A stretch of DNA of 64,000 nucleotides from a virus (taxonomy: Duplodnaviria; Caudoviricetes): the IMG/VR virus record IMGVR_UViG_3300042870_001240, one strand, 5' to 3'. The notes below the pieces were generated by a model. It worked only from the letters and a program-made list of their open reading frames with translations. It made no database searches and was not told the origin of the DNA. This document shows, piece by piece, positions 56,102 through 64,000 of the stretch. How positions within the stretch are numbered: the stretch's first letter is position 1; each line of letters starts with the position of its first letter. The translations under genes were made by a program, and so were the position numbers.

Positions 56102-56809
56102 TTATTGACCCTTATTTTCACACTTAGGAACGTATGTCCTGTATAGGTCGGTGGAAATACCTAAGTAATCATATATTGTATTCCAAATAGTATCCAATAT
56201 TCTTTCATATTTTCCAATAACCTCTTGAGTTCTTGGAAATAAATTACTTCCATATCCACCAATAAAATAAACATTAATCTTATAATGAAGATAAGGTTTT
56301 TGTAAGTCTAAGACTTCTCTATCTTTTGGAGGAGTAACTTTAATATCACAAATAATATCATTATACTCACTTAGAATAGTTTTCTTCATTAACTTTGTTA
56401 TAAGGTCTGTATAATCTTTTTCAACTTCTTCTTTAATAACATTATATTGTGACTCGGTAATAACAAAAACACTATTAACATTCTCATCAAGTTTTTTCTT
56501 TTCTTCATACCACCATTTAGTGTTATTATAACTATCAATGGTTGAGTTCCCACAACTAATACCACCTTTCAAATAATCCCCAAACATTGTCTTAACAAAG
56601 TTTTTCGCATCTTTACCTATATCATAAAGAAAGTCAGAGTCTTTTTCACTAAACGGTTTTTTCATTAAAATTGCTATATGAGCCACTTTACCATATTTGG
56701 TAGGATATACATCGACTTTAATTCCGTGAAAATCCTCAGGTGTTTTAATATTTTTAAAGTGAGATTCAACCATTTTTTCAATGGTCTTTTCTAATTTACT
56801 ACTCTCCAT
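56102..56809 (-). CDS. Two-module protein with an internal VFVITESQY leader-like junction
   Basis: Start after TATTTAT. Confidence 0.7.
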   Translation of the reverse strand: MESSKLEKTIEKMVESHFKNIKTPEDFHGIKVDVYPTKYGKVAHIAILMKKPFSEKDSDFLYDIGKDAKNFVKTMFGDYLKGGISCGNSTIDSYNNTKWWYEEKKKLDENVNSVFVITESQYNVIKEEVEKDYTDLITKLMKKTILSEYNDIICDIKVTPPKDREVLDLQKPYLHYKINVYFIGGYGSNLFPRTQEVIGKYERILDTIWNTIYDYLGISTDLYRTYVPKCENKGQ

Positions 56810-56843
56810 AATAATAAATACTCTTATCTTTGTATTTATCATT

Positions 56844-57182
56844 ATGAAATATTTTATTACAGAATCTAAATTAGAAAATACTATTTATACCTACATTAAT
56901 AATTTATTTGGGGATTTACATTTTACCGCTTACGAAGATGACGATGGTAATGAAATGGATTCTGCGTTAGATTTTTATTTTGGTGACTATGAGGACGATG
57001 AACACGCATTTTATTGGTATGATAGTAATTTTTTTGTTAGTTATTGTTTAAAATGTCCTATTGTGCAATTTGACGAAGACTTATTAAACAAATTAAACAG
57101 TTTGTTTGGTGATAAGTGGGAACACATATTTAAAAAATGGTTATGGGAAAAATATCATATGAAGGTTAAAACTATTGAATAA
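56844..57182 (+). CDS. MKYFITE leader-family protein
   Basis: Leader plus TATTTAT. Confidence 0.75.
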   Translation: MKYFITESKLENTIYTYINNLFGDLHFTAYEDDDGNEMDSALDFYFGDYEDDEHAFYWYDSNFFVSYCLKCPIVQFDEDLLNKLNSLFGDKWEHIFKKWLWEKYHMKVKTIE

Positions 57183-58379
57183 CTAATATTCTTCATCTTG
57201 AACCTCAACCTCTGTTGCGGTTCTATTATATTTCTCATTGAACCAATCCATAATAACGTATTCATCAATCAATGGAAAAAAACTTTCTATCGTATGAACA
57301 AGATTTGAGGAAACTGTTAATCTGTTATATGTTTTATCCGAATTAGTCCATTCATGAAGATTTGTTTCGTATGAAAGGGGGGTTGTTTCCCCGTCTGTTA
57401 AAGACATTTCATCAAAAGTATAATTATGAACGCGCCACCCTTCAGACATCTTATTCAACATTTCTAATGCGGGTTTTAACATTCTTTCAAACTTAGTAAC
57501 AGTTTTGTGTTTTGGTTCGTCAGACTCATTTAACCTCTCATTGATTGTGTCGTTATGAACCAACTTAACACTACCTCGTCCTGTCAATGTTTGTACTTGG
57601 TACTGGAGTTCCCATATTAAATTATCAATATTTTGGTACCTAATAGATTCGACATGGAAATTTAAAAATAAAACGATGATTCCCTTGTCAATTTTATAAT
57701 CAACGACTTTAACCTCATTGGTTGATGACAATTCATCACACGCTTCGAAATTAACAATCTCTTCAGCATCGGCTCCTCGTTCTTCTTGGTCGTCACATTT
57801 TTCTTTAAGGATTGATAATGAACTATCAATTAGTTTTTGGAATTTGTTCTGTCTATCGTCTTCTTTCAAGATTCTGAATCGTAATAAAGGTTTACCGTTA
57901 ATCGTTACATCACCCTTTTCATTTTTACCAATGGTTTTAACAACAACTTTTTTATTCTTAAACTTACCACCCATGATTGTATCACCAACCTTGATGTCAA
58001 GTTTAATCATTTCCGTAATACCTTCTTTATAATCAATTGTTTGATTAGTAGTAATGAAAACCTCATCACCTAAGAACTTAGATAAGTCATCACCTAAAGC
58101 GTCAAACAAATCGTCATTATCGGACTCAAACGAATTCCAACCGTCTTTCATATATACATCCAAATAAATTGTATATTCTTTATTATCGTATTGAATTTCT
58201 TGGACTTTTAGTTTTGCAATATCATTAAGAGATTTGTGATAATTGAAGTGGTCGTCCTTTTCATATTCGTCCATATCGTCCCAAGTATCATTAATATAAT
58301 TCATTCTTACTTTGAACGAACTATCAATCATAGATTGAACTACTTTTTCTTGTTGATTTTCAGTTATAACATATTTCAT
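57183..58379 (-). CDS. MKYVITE modular leader-family protein
   Basis: Modules separated by ITE, LKE and LNE sites. Confidence 0.75.
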   Translation of the reverse strand: MKYVITENQQEKVVQSMIDSSFKVRMNYINDTWDDMDEYEKDDHFNYHKSLNDIAKLKVQEIQYDNKEYTIYLDVYMKDGWNSFESDNDDLFDALGDDLSKFLGDEVFITTNQTIDYKEGITEMIKLDIKVGDTIMGGKFKNKKVVVKTIGKNEKGDVTINGKPLLRFRILKEDDRQNKFQKLIDSSLSILKEKCDDQEERGADAEEIVNFEACDELSSTNEVKVVDYKIDKGIIVLFLNFHVESIRYQNIDNLIWELQYQVQTLTGRGSVKLVHNDTINERLNESDEPKHKTVTKFERMLKPALEMLNKMSEGWRVHNYTFDEMSLTDGETTPLSYETNLHEWTNSDKTYNRLTVSSNLVHTIESFFPLIDEYVIMDWFNEKYNRTATEVEVQDEEY

Positions 58380-58726
58380 TAGTAAACATATTCATCATTA
58401 TCAAAGGTCTCAACCTCTGTTATATGGTCTAAACCATCAAAATTTTCTTTAAACCATCTAACCAAATGTTCTTGTATTTCGTCAATTCCATCCATTGAGA
58501 ACAAATTATAAATCCCTTCATATAGTTTTTCCTCCATCATAACTTCGGTCTCTTGTGACGTTCTATTAAAGAAAATAATTACGATAGAGTTTTCCGCTTT
58601 ATCCACAAAATCAATTCTACCAGAACCCCCATGATTACTAACAGTTTCATCCAAACTCATAATGTTTTTAGTTAAGTAGTTATCAATCATTTTATATCTT
58701 TGGGATTCAGTTATAAGGTATTTCAT
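58379..58726 (-). CDS. MKYLITE leader-family protein
   Basis: Leader motif. Confidence 0.75.
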   Translation of the reverse strand: MKYLITESQRYKMIDNYLTKNIMSLDETVSNHGGSGRIDFVDKAENSIVIIFFNRTSQETEVMMEEKLYEGIYNLFSMDGIDEIQEHLVRWFKENFDGLDHITEVETFDNDEYVY

Positions 58727-58727
58727 A

Positions 58728-59330
58728 TTATAAATCAGATTTTACCATATTATAGAAAAACTCACTAACCTCTGATGGTTTTGTAATTCTTCCTTGTCTT
58801 ATCACGTTTCTAAATTGTAATATCATTCCCTTTAATTGATTAATTGAAACATTTTTATACATACCTTTGAATGTTGCATCTTCCTGTGGAATAAACCCTA
58901 AATTAACAAACTCTCTAACTTTTTTTCTCGCGAATTCATCCGCAACAAGTTCTGTTTTCTTCATAAATTCGGCAGCCTCTTCAATACTAGTATCTCCAAC
59001 ATAAACCGAATACATTGTTTCTTCACCATATTTCTTAAATTGGTATTGATGGGCAATCTCATGAAATAATATAAATAAAAATATCCCTAAAGAATTATTA
59101 AAAACACCTGGTGTTATTACAACTCTATCAGATAATGCTAACGCTTCACCCATTCTAATATTTTGAACCATAATTTTCTTACAGTCAGAATTTAGTATGA
59201 ATTGTTTTATCTTACCAATAAAATCATCATTAATATTGTATTTTTCTTTGACTTTATCTAAAAACTCATCAAGACCTGACGTTTGTTCTAAGACTAAGTT
59301 ATACTGAGTTTCGTTTAAAATATATTTCAT
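58728..59330 (-). CDS. MKYILNE leader protein with HExxH motif
   Basis: LFHEIAHQYQ...ELVADEFA; TATTTAT upstream. Confidence 0.75.
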   Translation of the reverse strand: MKYILNETQYNLVLEQTSGLDEFLDKVKEKYNINDDFIGKIKQFILNSDCKKIMVQNIRMGEALALSDRVVITPGVFNNSLGIFLFILFHEIAHQYQFKKYGEETMYSVYVGDTSIEEAAEFMKKTELVADEFARKKVREFVNLGFIPQEDATFKGMYKNVSINQLKGMILQFRNVIRQGRITKPSEVSEFFYNMVKSDL

Positions 59331-59367
59331 AACGATAAATACTTGATTTTGGGATTACGGATTAGTT

Positions 59368-60093
59368 TTATGGAAAATAAATGCTGGTAATTATAAACCA
59401 ATTACCATTAAAATCCTCAACAAGACAAGTTGAGTTTTCACAAAAGTCCCCCGAATTCATATAATCTTTTTCTAATTTTGGTTGGTGTATATGTCCACAT
59501 ACCGCAACATCACAACCTTTTTCTTTTGTTAACCCTTTAGCATTCTCCTCAAAGTCAGACACAAAATTAATTGCCCCTTTAACACTTTGTTTAATATCGT
59601 TTGCTAATGAATGATACGGTAAATTAAATGTTTTTCTTATCTTATTATACCATGTGTTTAGATTTATAACAAAATCATATGACCATCCCCCAAGAACAGC
59701 TAACCATCTAACTTTCATAATAACAAAGTCTAAAACATCTCCATGGAAACAATAGTAACTTCGACCATCAACACCAATATGAGTATACTTTCTAACAATT
59801 TCAATGTTATTTAATGTGAATGGTATAAATGGTTTCAGAAAATCATCATGATTACCTCTAATATAAATTACTTTGGTTCCTTTCTCAGACCTTTTCATAA
59901 ACTTTCTAAATATTTTTGTGCAATCAGATTTCCATTTACCATTGTTTTTTAACGCCCAACCATCAATTATATCCCCATTTAATATTAATGTTTCCGATTC
60001 ATTTTCACTTAAGAATTTCAAAATTTTATCTGTTTGAGATTGTTTTGCACCTAAGTGTAAATCACTCATAATAATTGTTTTCCACTTTTTCAT
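59368..60093 (-). CDS. LpxH-like (UDP-2,3-diacylglucosamine hydrolase family) metallophosphoesterase
   Basis: SDLHLG, GDIIDGW, GNHD, HGD, GHIH. Confidence 0.85.
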   Translation of the reverse strand: MKKWKTIIMSDLHLGAKQSQTDKILKFLSENESETLILNGDIIDGWALKNNGKWKSDCTKIFRKFMKRSEKGTKVIYIRGNHDDFLKPFIPFTLNNIEIVRKYTHIGVDGRSYYCFHGDVLDFVIMKVRWLAVLGGWSYDFVINLNTWYNKIRKTFNLPYHSLANDIKQSVKGAINFVSDFEENAKGLTKEKGCDVAVCGHIHQPKLEKDYMNSGDFCENSTCLVEDFNGNWFIITSIYFP

Positions 60094-60812
60094 TTCCAGT
60101 AATCTTTATCGTTTTGAAAAAACTTTTTATTTTTGTTGTTAAAGAATGAACCAATCATTAGTTTTAACATATACCATAAACCTTTAGATTTAAACCTTCT
60201 TGGTGTTGTAAAAATTGTTATGTCCGCAATCTCGAACTTATTTGGTCTTATTTCTTTGGATAATAGGTAATCCTCGGCAACTTTCGCATCTTCATCAAAC
60301 CCTCCAATCTCATCAAATCGTTCTTTTCTAACTAACATGAACCCACCTAAACAGAAAGGAGTGATTGGTTTAAATACTCGTTGTATAACGTCAAAAAACC
60401 TGAATACATAGTTGTATCCATTCTCACTTGAACGTATTTTACAGGTTACTAAATCCTGTTGATTAGTAATAATTAAGTTTACGGTTGTGAATAACAAATC
60501 AGGATTCAAAATAAACATATCAGCATCCATGAATAAAATGTAAGGGGTTTTAACTAATCTTGCACCGTTGTTTCTTGCTTTGGACGGTAATCCTCCTTCT
60601 GTCAAATATAAGTCGAACTTGTCTCTACCACGTTCATGTTCTACCCTATTAATTAATGAAGGTGTGGTGATATCATCATCAGAAGAATCACATACGATTA
60701 CTTTAACACCATTAATTGTTTTCTGATAGTTTAATAAATCTAAAGTTTTAGATATAATATCTTTTTCGTTTTTACACGGAATAACAATCGTTAAAAATTT
60801 AGATAACTCCAT
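60090..60812 (-). CDS. Glycosyltransferase family 2
   Basis: IVIPCKNE, ARNNG, FMDAD, GGFDE..AED. Confidence 0.9.
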   Translation of the reverse strand: MELSKFLTIVIPCKNEKDIISKTLDLLNYQKTINGVKVIVCDSSDDDITTPSLINRVEHERGRDKFDLYLTEGGLPSKARNNGARLVKTPYILFMDADMFILNPDLLFTTVNLIITNQQDLVTCKIRSSENGYNYVFRFFDVIQRVFKPITPFCLGGFMLVRKERFDEIGGFDEDAKVAEDYLLSKEIRPNKFEIADITIFTTPRRFKSKGLWYMLKLMIGSFFNNKNKKFFQNDKDYWK

Positions 60813-60838
60813 AAAACAATAATTTTAATGTTTTTAAC

Positions 60839-62014
60839 TTACTTAACCAATTTTTCTCCACAAGCATTAAAGGTGACTAATGTTTTAATTTCGTTTTTAG
60901 CATTAGGGGTTGATGAATCATACCTAAATGTTTGTTTTTGTCCGTTGGTTACCACAATATTACCAACTCCTTCGTGGCACCCACCTTTCCAATCTCTATT
61001 ATTGAATGGGTTAAGACATTTTGCCTTTAAAGTAAATGAAGGTTTTTGTAAACCATTTAATTTACCAATACTTTGTGTTAATATCTGAGAAGCTATTTCA
61101 GGAGTAATAACAAACGTGTTAAATCTTTTTCCACTAACTGATTTAGGTTCATTATCATAAGCCGCAATACCTGGATTGCTACCCGATTTAGGATAGTCAT
61201 TATTTAAACTTGCATATTCTTTACCATCATTTCTCATTAATTTGATGTCATTTAGATATATTTCGTAAATCGCACTATTACAATTATGACTTTTACTTAA
61301 ATCAGTATAGTTCACTTGAATAACCATATTATCTAAACATTTTTTCATTTCTGTTAACTCTTTCAACACTATTTTAACATTAACAAATTGTTCTTTATTA
61401 TATGAATCAAGTATTGTTTTATATACAGTATTTTTCCCATTCACCCAATTAAAAATTGGTTTACCATCAGTACCATTACCAGGTTTAAATGATGAGCCAG
61501 CACAAATATAACCTTGTTTATCGTCTGAAGGTATTAATGATTTAGGACAGAATGGTTGACCAATCCAAGCGGTTTTTCCAACCACAGGGTCCTCAACTTT
61601 AAATGTTGGAATTTCCACTAATAATTTACTATTAACAAACGGTTGTAATTGGTTTTTAATATATATTTGAATTACATTATTTCTATTTGTTGCCAAGAAT
61701 AAAGGTTCAACACGTACGGAAGGTTTTTTTTCATTATCTGTATTAGGTATTTGTGATTCTCCCGAAGATATTTGAACGCTTACTATAAACGATTTCCCTG
61801 ACGATGAAGTTAAATAATCTTTTATTCTTTGTATTTCAGGTGCCAAATCTTTTAAAAGATATGGTTCACTATAAGTCCCTCCCGCAAAATTAACATTTTT
61901 GTCTATGTTTAATGTTGAGACAGGCTCAGGATTTACGTCCTCAGTTAATAGATTATATTGTCTCAATATATCCCTTTTTTCAATTTCAGAAATTAATAAT
62001 CTTTTTATATTCAT
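60839..62014 (-). CDS. Leader-family protein (MNIKRLLISE..ILRQY), possibly with a degenerate OmpA-like segment
   Basis: Start after TATTTAT; ISSGES..LATNR resembles OmpA C-domain motifs only weakly. Confidence 0.65.
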   Translation of the reverse strand: MNIKRLLISEIEKRDILRQYNLLTEDVNPEPVSTLNIDKNVNFAGGTYSEPYLLKDLAPEIQRIKDYLTSSSGKSFIVSVQISSGESQIPNTDNEKKPSVRVEPLFLATNRNNVIQIYIKNQLQPFVNSKLLVEIPTFKVEDPVVGKTAWIGQPFCPKSLIPSDDKQGYICAGSSFKPGNGTDGKPIFNWVNGKNTVYKTILDSYNKEQFVNVKIVLKELTEMKKCLDNMVIQVNYTDLSKSHNCNSAIYEIYLNDIKLMRNDGKEYASLNNDYPKSGSNPGIAAYDNEPKSVSGKRFNTFVITPEIASQILTQSIGKLNGLQKPSFTLKAKCLNPFNNRDWKGGCHEGVGNIVVTNGQKQTFRYDSSTPNAKNEIKTLVTFNACGEKLVK

Positions 62015-62078
62015 CACCCAATAAATACTTGGCCAATCCAAAATAATGATGTATATTTGTGTAAAGAATTAAAAAACT

Positions 62079-62408
62079 ATGAAAAAATCAACATTATTAT
62101 TATTAGGAGTTATTTCAATTTTAACCTCATGTTCAGTAACTAAAAAAATTAAAACAGAACCTGTAATGTTAAATCAAGAAAAGGTTCAAGTTAACATAAC
62201 TGTTATTTTACCTGGTCAAGTGGACACTACCCCAATTAACGTTGGTGACACTAACTTGTATAACACATACTTTTTGACTTACAAGAATGGTCAAACTCAA
62301 ACATTACAGTATGGGTATCGATACAATTTTTACGGAGTAATCAAGTCAAGTAAAGTATCTACTGTTGATACATTACAATATAAAGTTCTTTGGAAAGACT
62401 TAAATTAA
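62079..62408 (+). CDS. Lipoprotein
   Basis: Lipobox LTS-C; TATATTTG promoter at 62052. Confidence 0.75.
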   Translation: MKKSTLLLLGVISILTSCSVTKKIKTEPVMLNQEKVQVNITVILPGQVDTTPINVGDTNLYNTYFLTYKNGQTQTLQYGYRYNFYGVIKSSKVSTVDTLQYKVLWKDLN

Positions 62409-62431
62409 AAAGGAGGTTTAACCTCCTTTTT

Positions 62432-62650
62432 TTATTTCTCGTCATCATCTTCTTCCACCTCTTCTTGGCACTTTTCGTTAACATAATTTCGTATTTCTTT
62501 CAAATATTTTAAATATTGTAATCTAAGTTCGTGGAACTTCTCGTCTTTAATTTCATAGAAACTACTATAGTGTTCAAAACAATAGTCAATACCTTCGTTG
62601 TTCATTCTATATCGAACTGCGTTCCATTCATCTTGTTCTTCGTATGTCAT
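62432..62650 (-). CDS. Hypothetical protein
   Basis: ORF track. Confidence 0.65.
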   Translation of the reverse strand: MTYEEQDEWNAVRYRMNNEGIDYCFEHYSSFYEIKDEKFHELRLQYLKYLKEIRNYVNEKCQEEVEEDDDEK

Positions 62651-62825
62651 CTTCTTTAGTTTTTAATTCGTTAATCTCTGTTTCTACTCGTTTAATTTCG
62701 TCTGTTAAATCTACTCTGTAATCAAGTGATTCATTATATTTTTTAATAAAAGTTAAGTGTCGGTTTAATCCTTCAAGTTTACCTGAAATACGGATTAATT
62801 CACAGTCTTCGTTAGTATATCTCAT
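62628..62825 (-). CDS. Small coiled-coil protein
   Basis: ORF track, overlapping its neighbours. Confidence 0.6.
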   Translation of the reverse strand: MRYTNEDCELIRISGKLEGLNRHLTFIKKYNESLDYRVDLTDEIKRVETEINELKTKEDDIRRTR

Positions 62826-63364
62826 CTTATTCTAAATTGTATGGTTATTCTATAGTAACCACCCCAATGATTTTCAACCAATACTGTTCTAAACTCCAAT
62901 TCAGTATCTTGAATGAATCCGTCCTCAACCATAACTCCTTCACTACATGATGTTATATTCTCAATGACTCTGTCAAATAGACCTGTCTCTAAATAATATT
63001 CGTAAAACTCGGTAGCAAATTTATTATAAACTCTAACATCTATTTGTTTTTGTTGTGTTCTTGTCGCAACTTTGAAAAATGGTTCAGAATAAAGTGTCCA
63101 TTTAGTTAAGTCTTTTTTCTTGTATTTTTTTGCTTCTCTCACTCTACCTGTTTCAGGGTGAACAATGTCATACTTACACATACTAGAAGATTCGTCCAAT
63201 ATGAACAATTCAGGAAGAAACCTACAGTCTCTCATTTTTTGAATAAAACTTCTACCTTTACCACTCCATTTGAATTTGGGTGATTTGGGTTTAACTATCC
63301 AACCATCTTTGATTAATGATTGTTCAAACAATCTTCCACTTTGAACTCTGTTCTGTATACTCAT
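62822..63364 (-). CDS. Possible PD-(D/E)xK nuclease-fold protein
   Basis: G..FE, YDIV......EAK spacing. Confidence 0.5.
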   Translation of the reverse strand: MSIQNRVQSGRLFEQSLIKDGWIVKPKSPKFKWSGKGRSFIQKMRDCRFLPELFILDESSSMCKYDIVHPETGRVREAKKYKKKDLTKWTLYSEPFFKVATRTQQKQIDVRVYNKFATEFYEYYLETGLFDRVIENITSCSEGVMVEDGFIQDTELEFRTVLVENHWGGYYRITIQFRIR

Positions 63365-63365
63365 C

Positions 63366-63533
63366 TTAACACCATCTTATTATTCCGTAAGCGATAAATA
63401 GACCTAATGATATACCATTCAAGGTCATTAATATTACTTTTTGTTTAATATCATCTTTAGTTAAATAAGGTATTGTCCATGTAAGTAGAAGAAAAATCCA
63501 CCCGAGTAAAAAGATAACTTGTAATTTGTCCAT
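63366..63533 (-). CDS. Small two-TM protein (55 aa; not in the ORF track)
   Basis: MDKLQVIFLLGWIFLLLTWTIPY...GISLGLFIAYGIIRWC*. Confidence 0.6.
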   Translation of the reverse strand: MDKLQVIFLLGWIFLLLTWTIPYLTKDDIKQKVILMTLNGISLGLFIAYGIIRWC

Positions 63534-63605
63534 AATAATTAATTTAAAAGAAAGATAGGAAAAAAACGTTTAATAACAAACTAATCTTTCAATATATTTA
63601 TAGTT

Positions 63606-64000
63606 ATGTCAGGAAAGAAATCCATAGAAGATATTATAAAATCGTTAACCAAATTACTTGATTCAATGGTTATTAAAGGTCGAGTTAAGTTTAGAGTTGA
63701 CATTGACCCTTACACAAGTGAGTATTATAATAGACAGGATGAAGAATATACTATCCATTACCCTATCACTTATACATTTACTAATGACCATGCAAAGTAC
63801 TGGGAGGATTCTCCACAGTTTTCTCAAGAATATAATGACCTAATTAATTCAATTGATTTTGATAACCTTTCCGATAAATTGGAAGAGATTCCTAAGTATT
63901 TTTTATTCGGTGAGTCTAGTGAGATAACAATTAGATGGGAACATTATAATACAGACACATATAAACCGTTGTTGGATGCTTTAGGTCTTGAACAAATCCC
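63606..64000 (+). CDS. 5' part of a hypothetical protein running off the window
   Basis: TATTTAT, then ATG 63606; frame open to the window end (MSGKKSIEDIIKS..). Confidence 0.7.
   Translation, partial: MSGKKSIEDIIKSLTKLLDSMVIKGRVKFRVDIDPYTSEYYNRQDEEYTIHYPITYTFTNDHAKYWEDSPQFSQEYNDLINSIDFDNLSDKLEEIPKYFLFGESSEITIRWEHYNTDTYKPLLDALGLEQI

Noticed and set aside
1-64000. Stop-codon recoding, or a bacterial chromosome or eukaryotic giant virus origin
   Set aside because: Genes are intact and densely packed under code 11 with TAA, TAG and TGA all used as stops. There are no housekeeping operons, and the bacterial promoters, endolysin and lipoproteins point to a phage.

Overview
AT-rich (about 30% GC by eye), gene-dense segment of a large tailed dsDNA phage, read in the standard bacterial code. 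The host is most likely a Bacteroidota species: TTTG-N20-TAnnTTTG promoters, Bacteroidota-type lipoprotein signals and no Shine-Dalgarno sites. No capsid, terminase or polymerase gene lies in the window, so the phage assignment is inferred from gene content and architecture. Recognisable genes include dnaK, thyA, two rmlC-like epimerases, an FKBP PPIase, a GH19 endolysin, a lytic transglycosylase, an anticodon-domain-less AsnRS paralog, a GAF-PAS-PAS histidine kinase with a receiver protein, a sulfatase, three GT2s, three metallophosphoesterases and an AIPR-like protein. The five strongest unexplained signals are: (1) paralogous genes whose 3' halves are in-frame arrays of 36-nt repeats and unrelated, GC-richer 30-nt spacers (CRISPR geometry inside a coding sequence), with one spacer copied in inverted orientation into another paralog; (2) about 40 otherwise unrelated proteins with portable N-terminal leaders ending in (I/L/V)-x-E, many behind a TATTTAT box, resembling T4 capsid-targeting sequences; (3) an internally deleted IS200/IS605 element (23491-24360) that carries a phage leader-family gene, keeps its tnpB 3'/omegaRNA end, and whose empty site can be reconstructed exactly; (4) a possible Asn-sensing attenuator ahead of the AsnRS paralog; (5) a largely non-coding hub (39.2-41.45 kb) with a G-quadruplex motif, convergent promoters around a long hairpin, iteron-like repeats and operator-like palindromes. 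No database searches or folding programs were run; all calls come from reading motifs.
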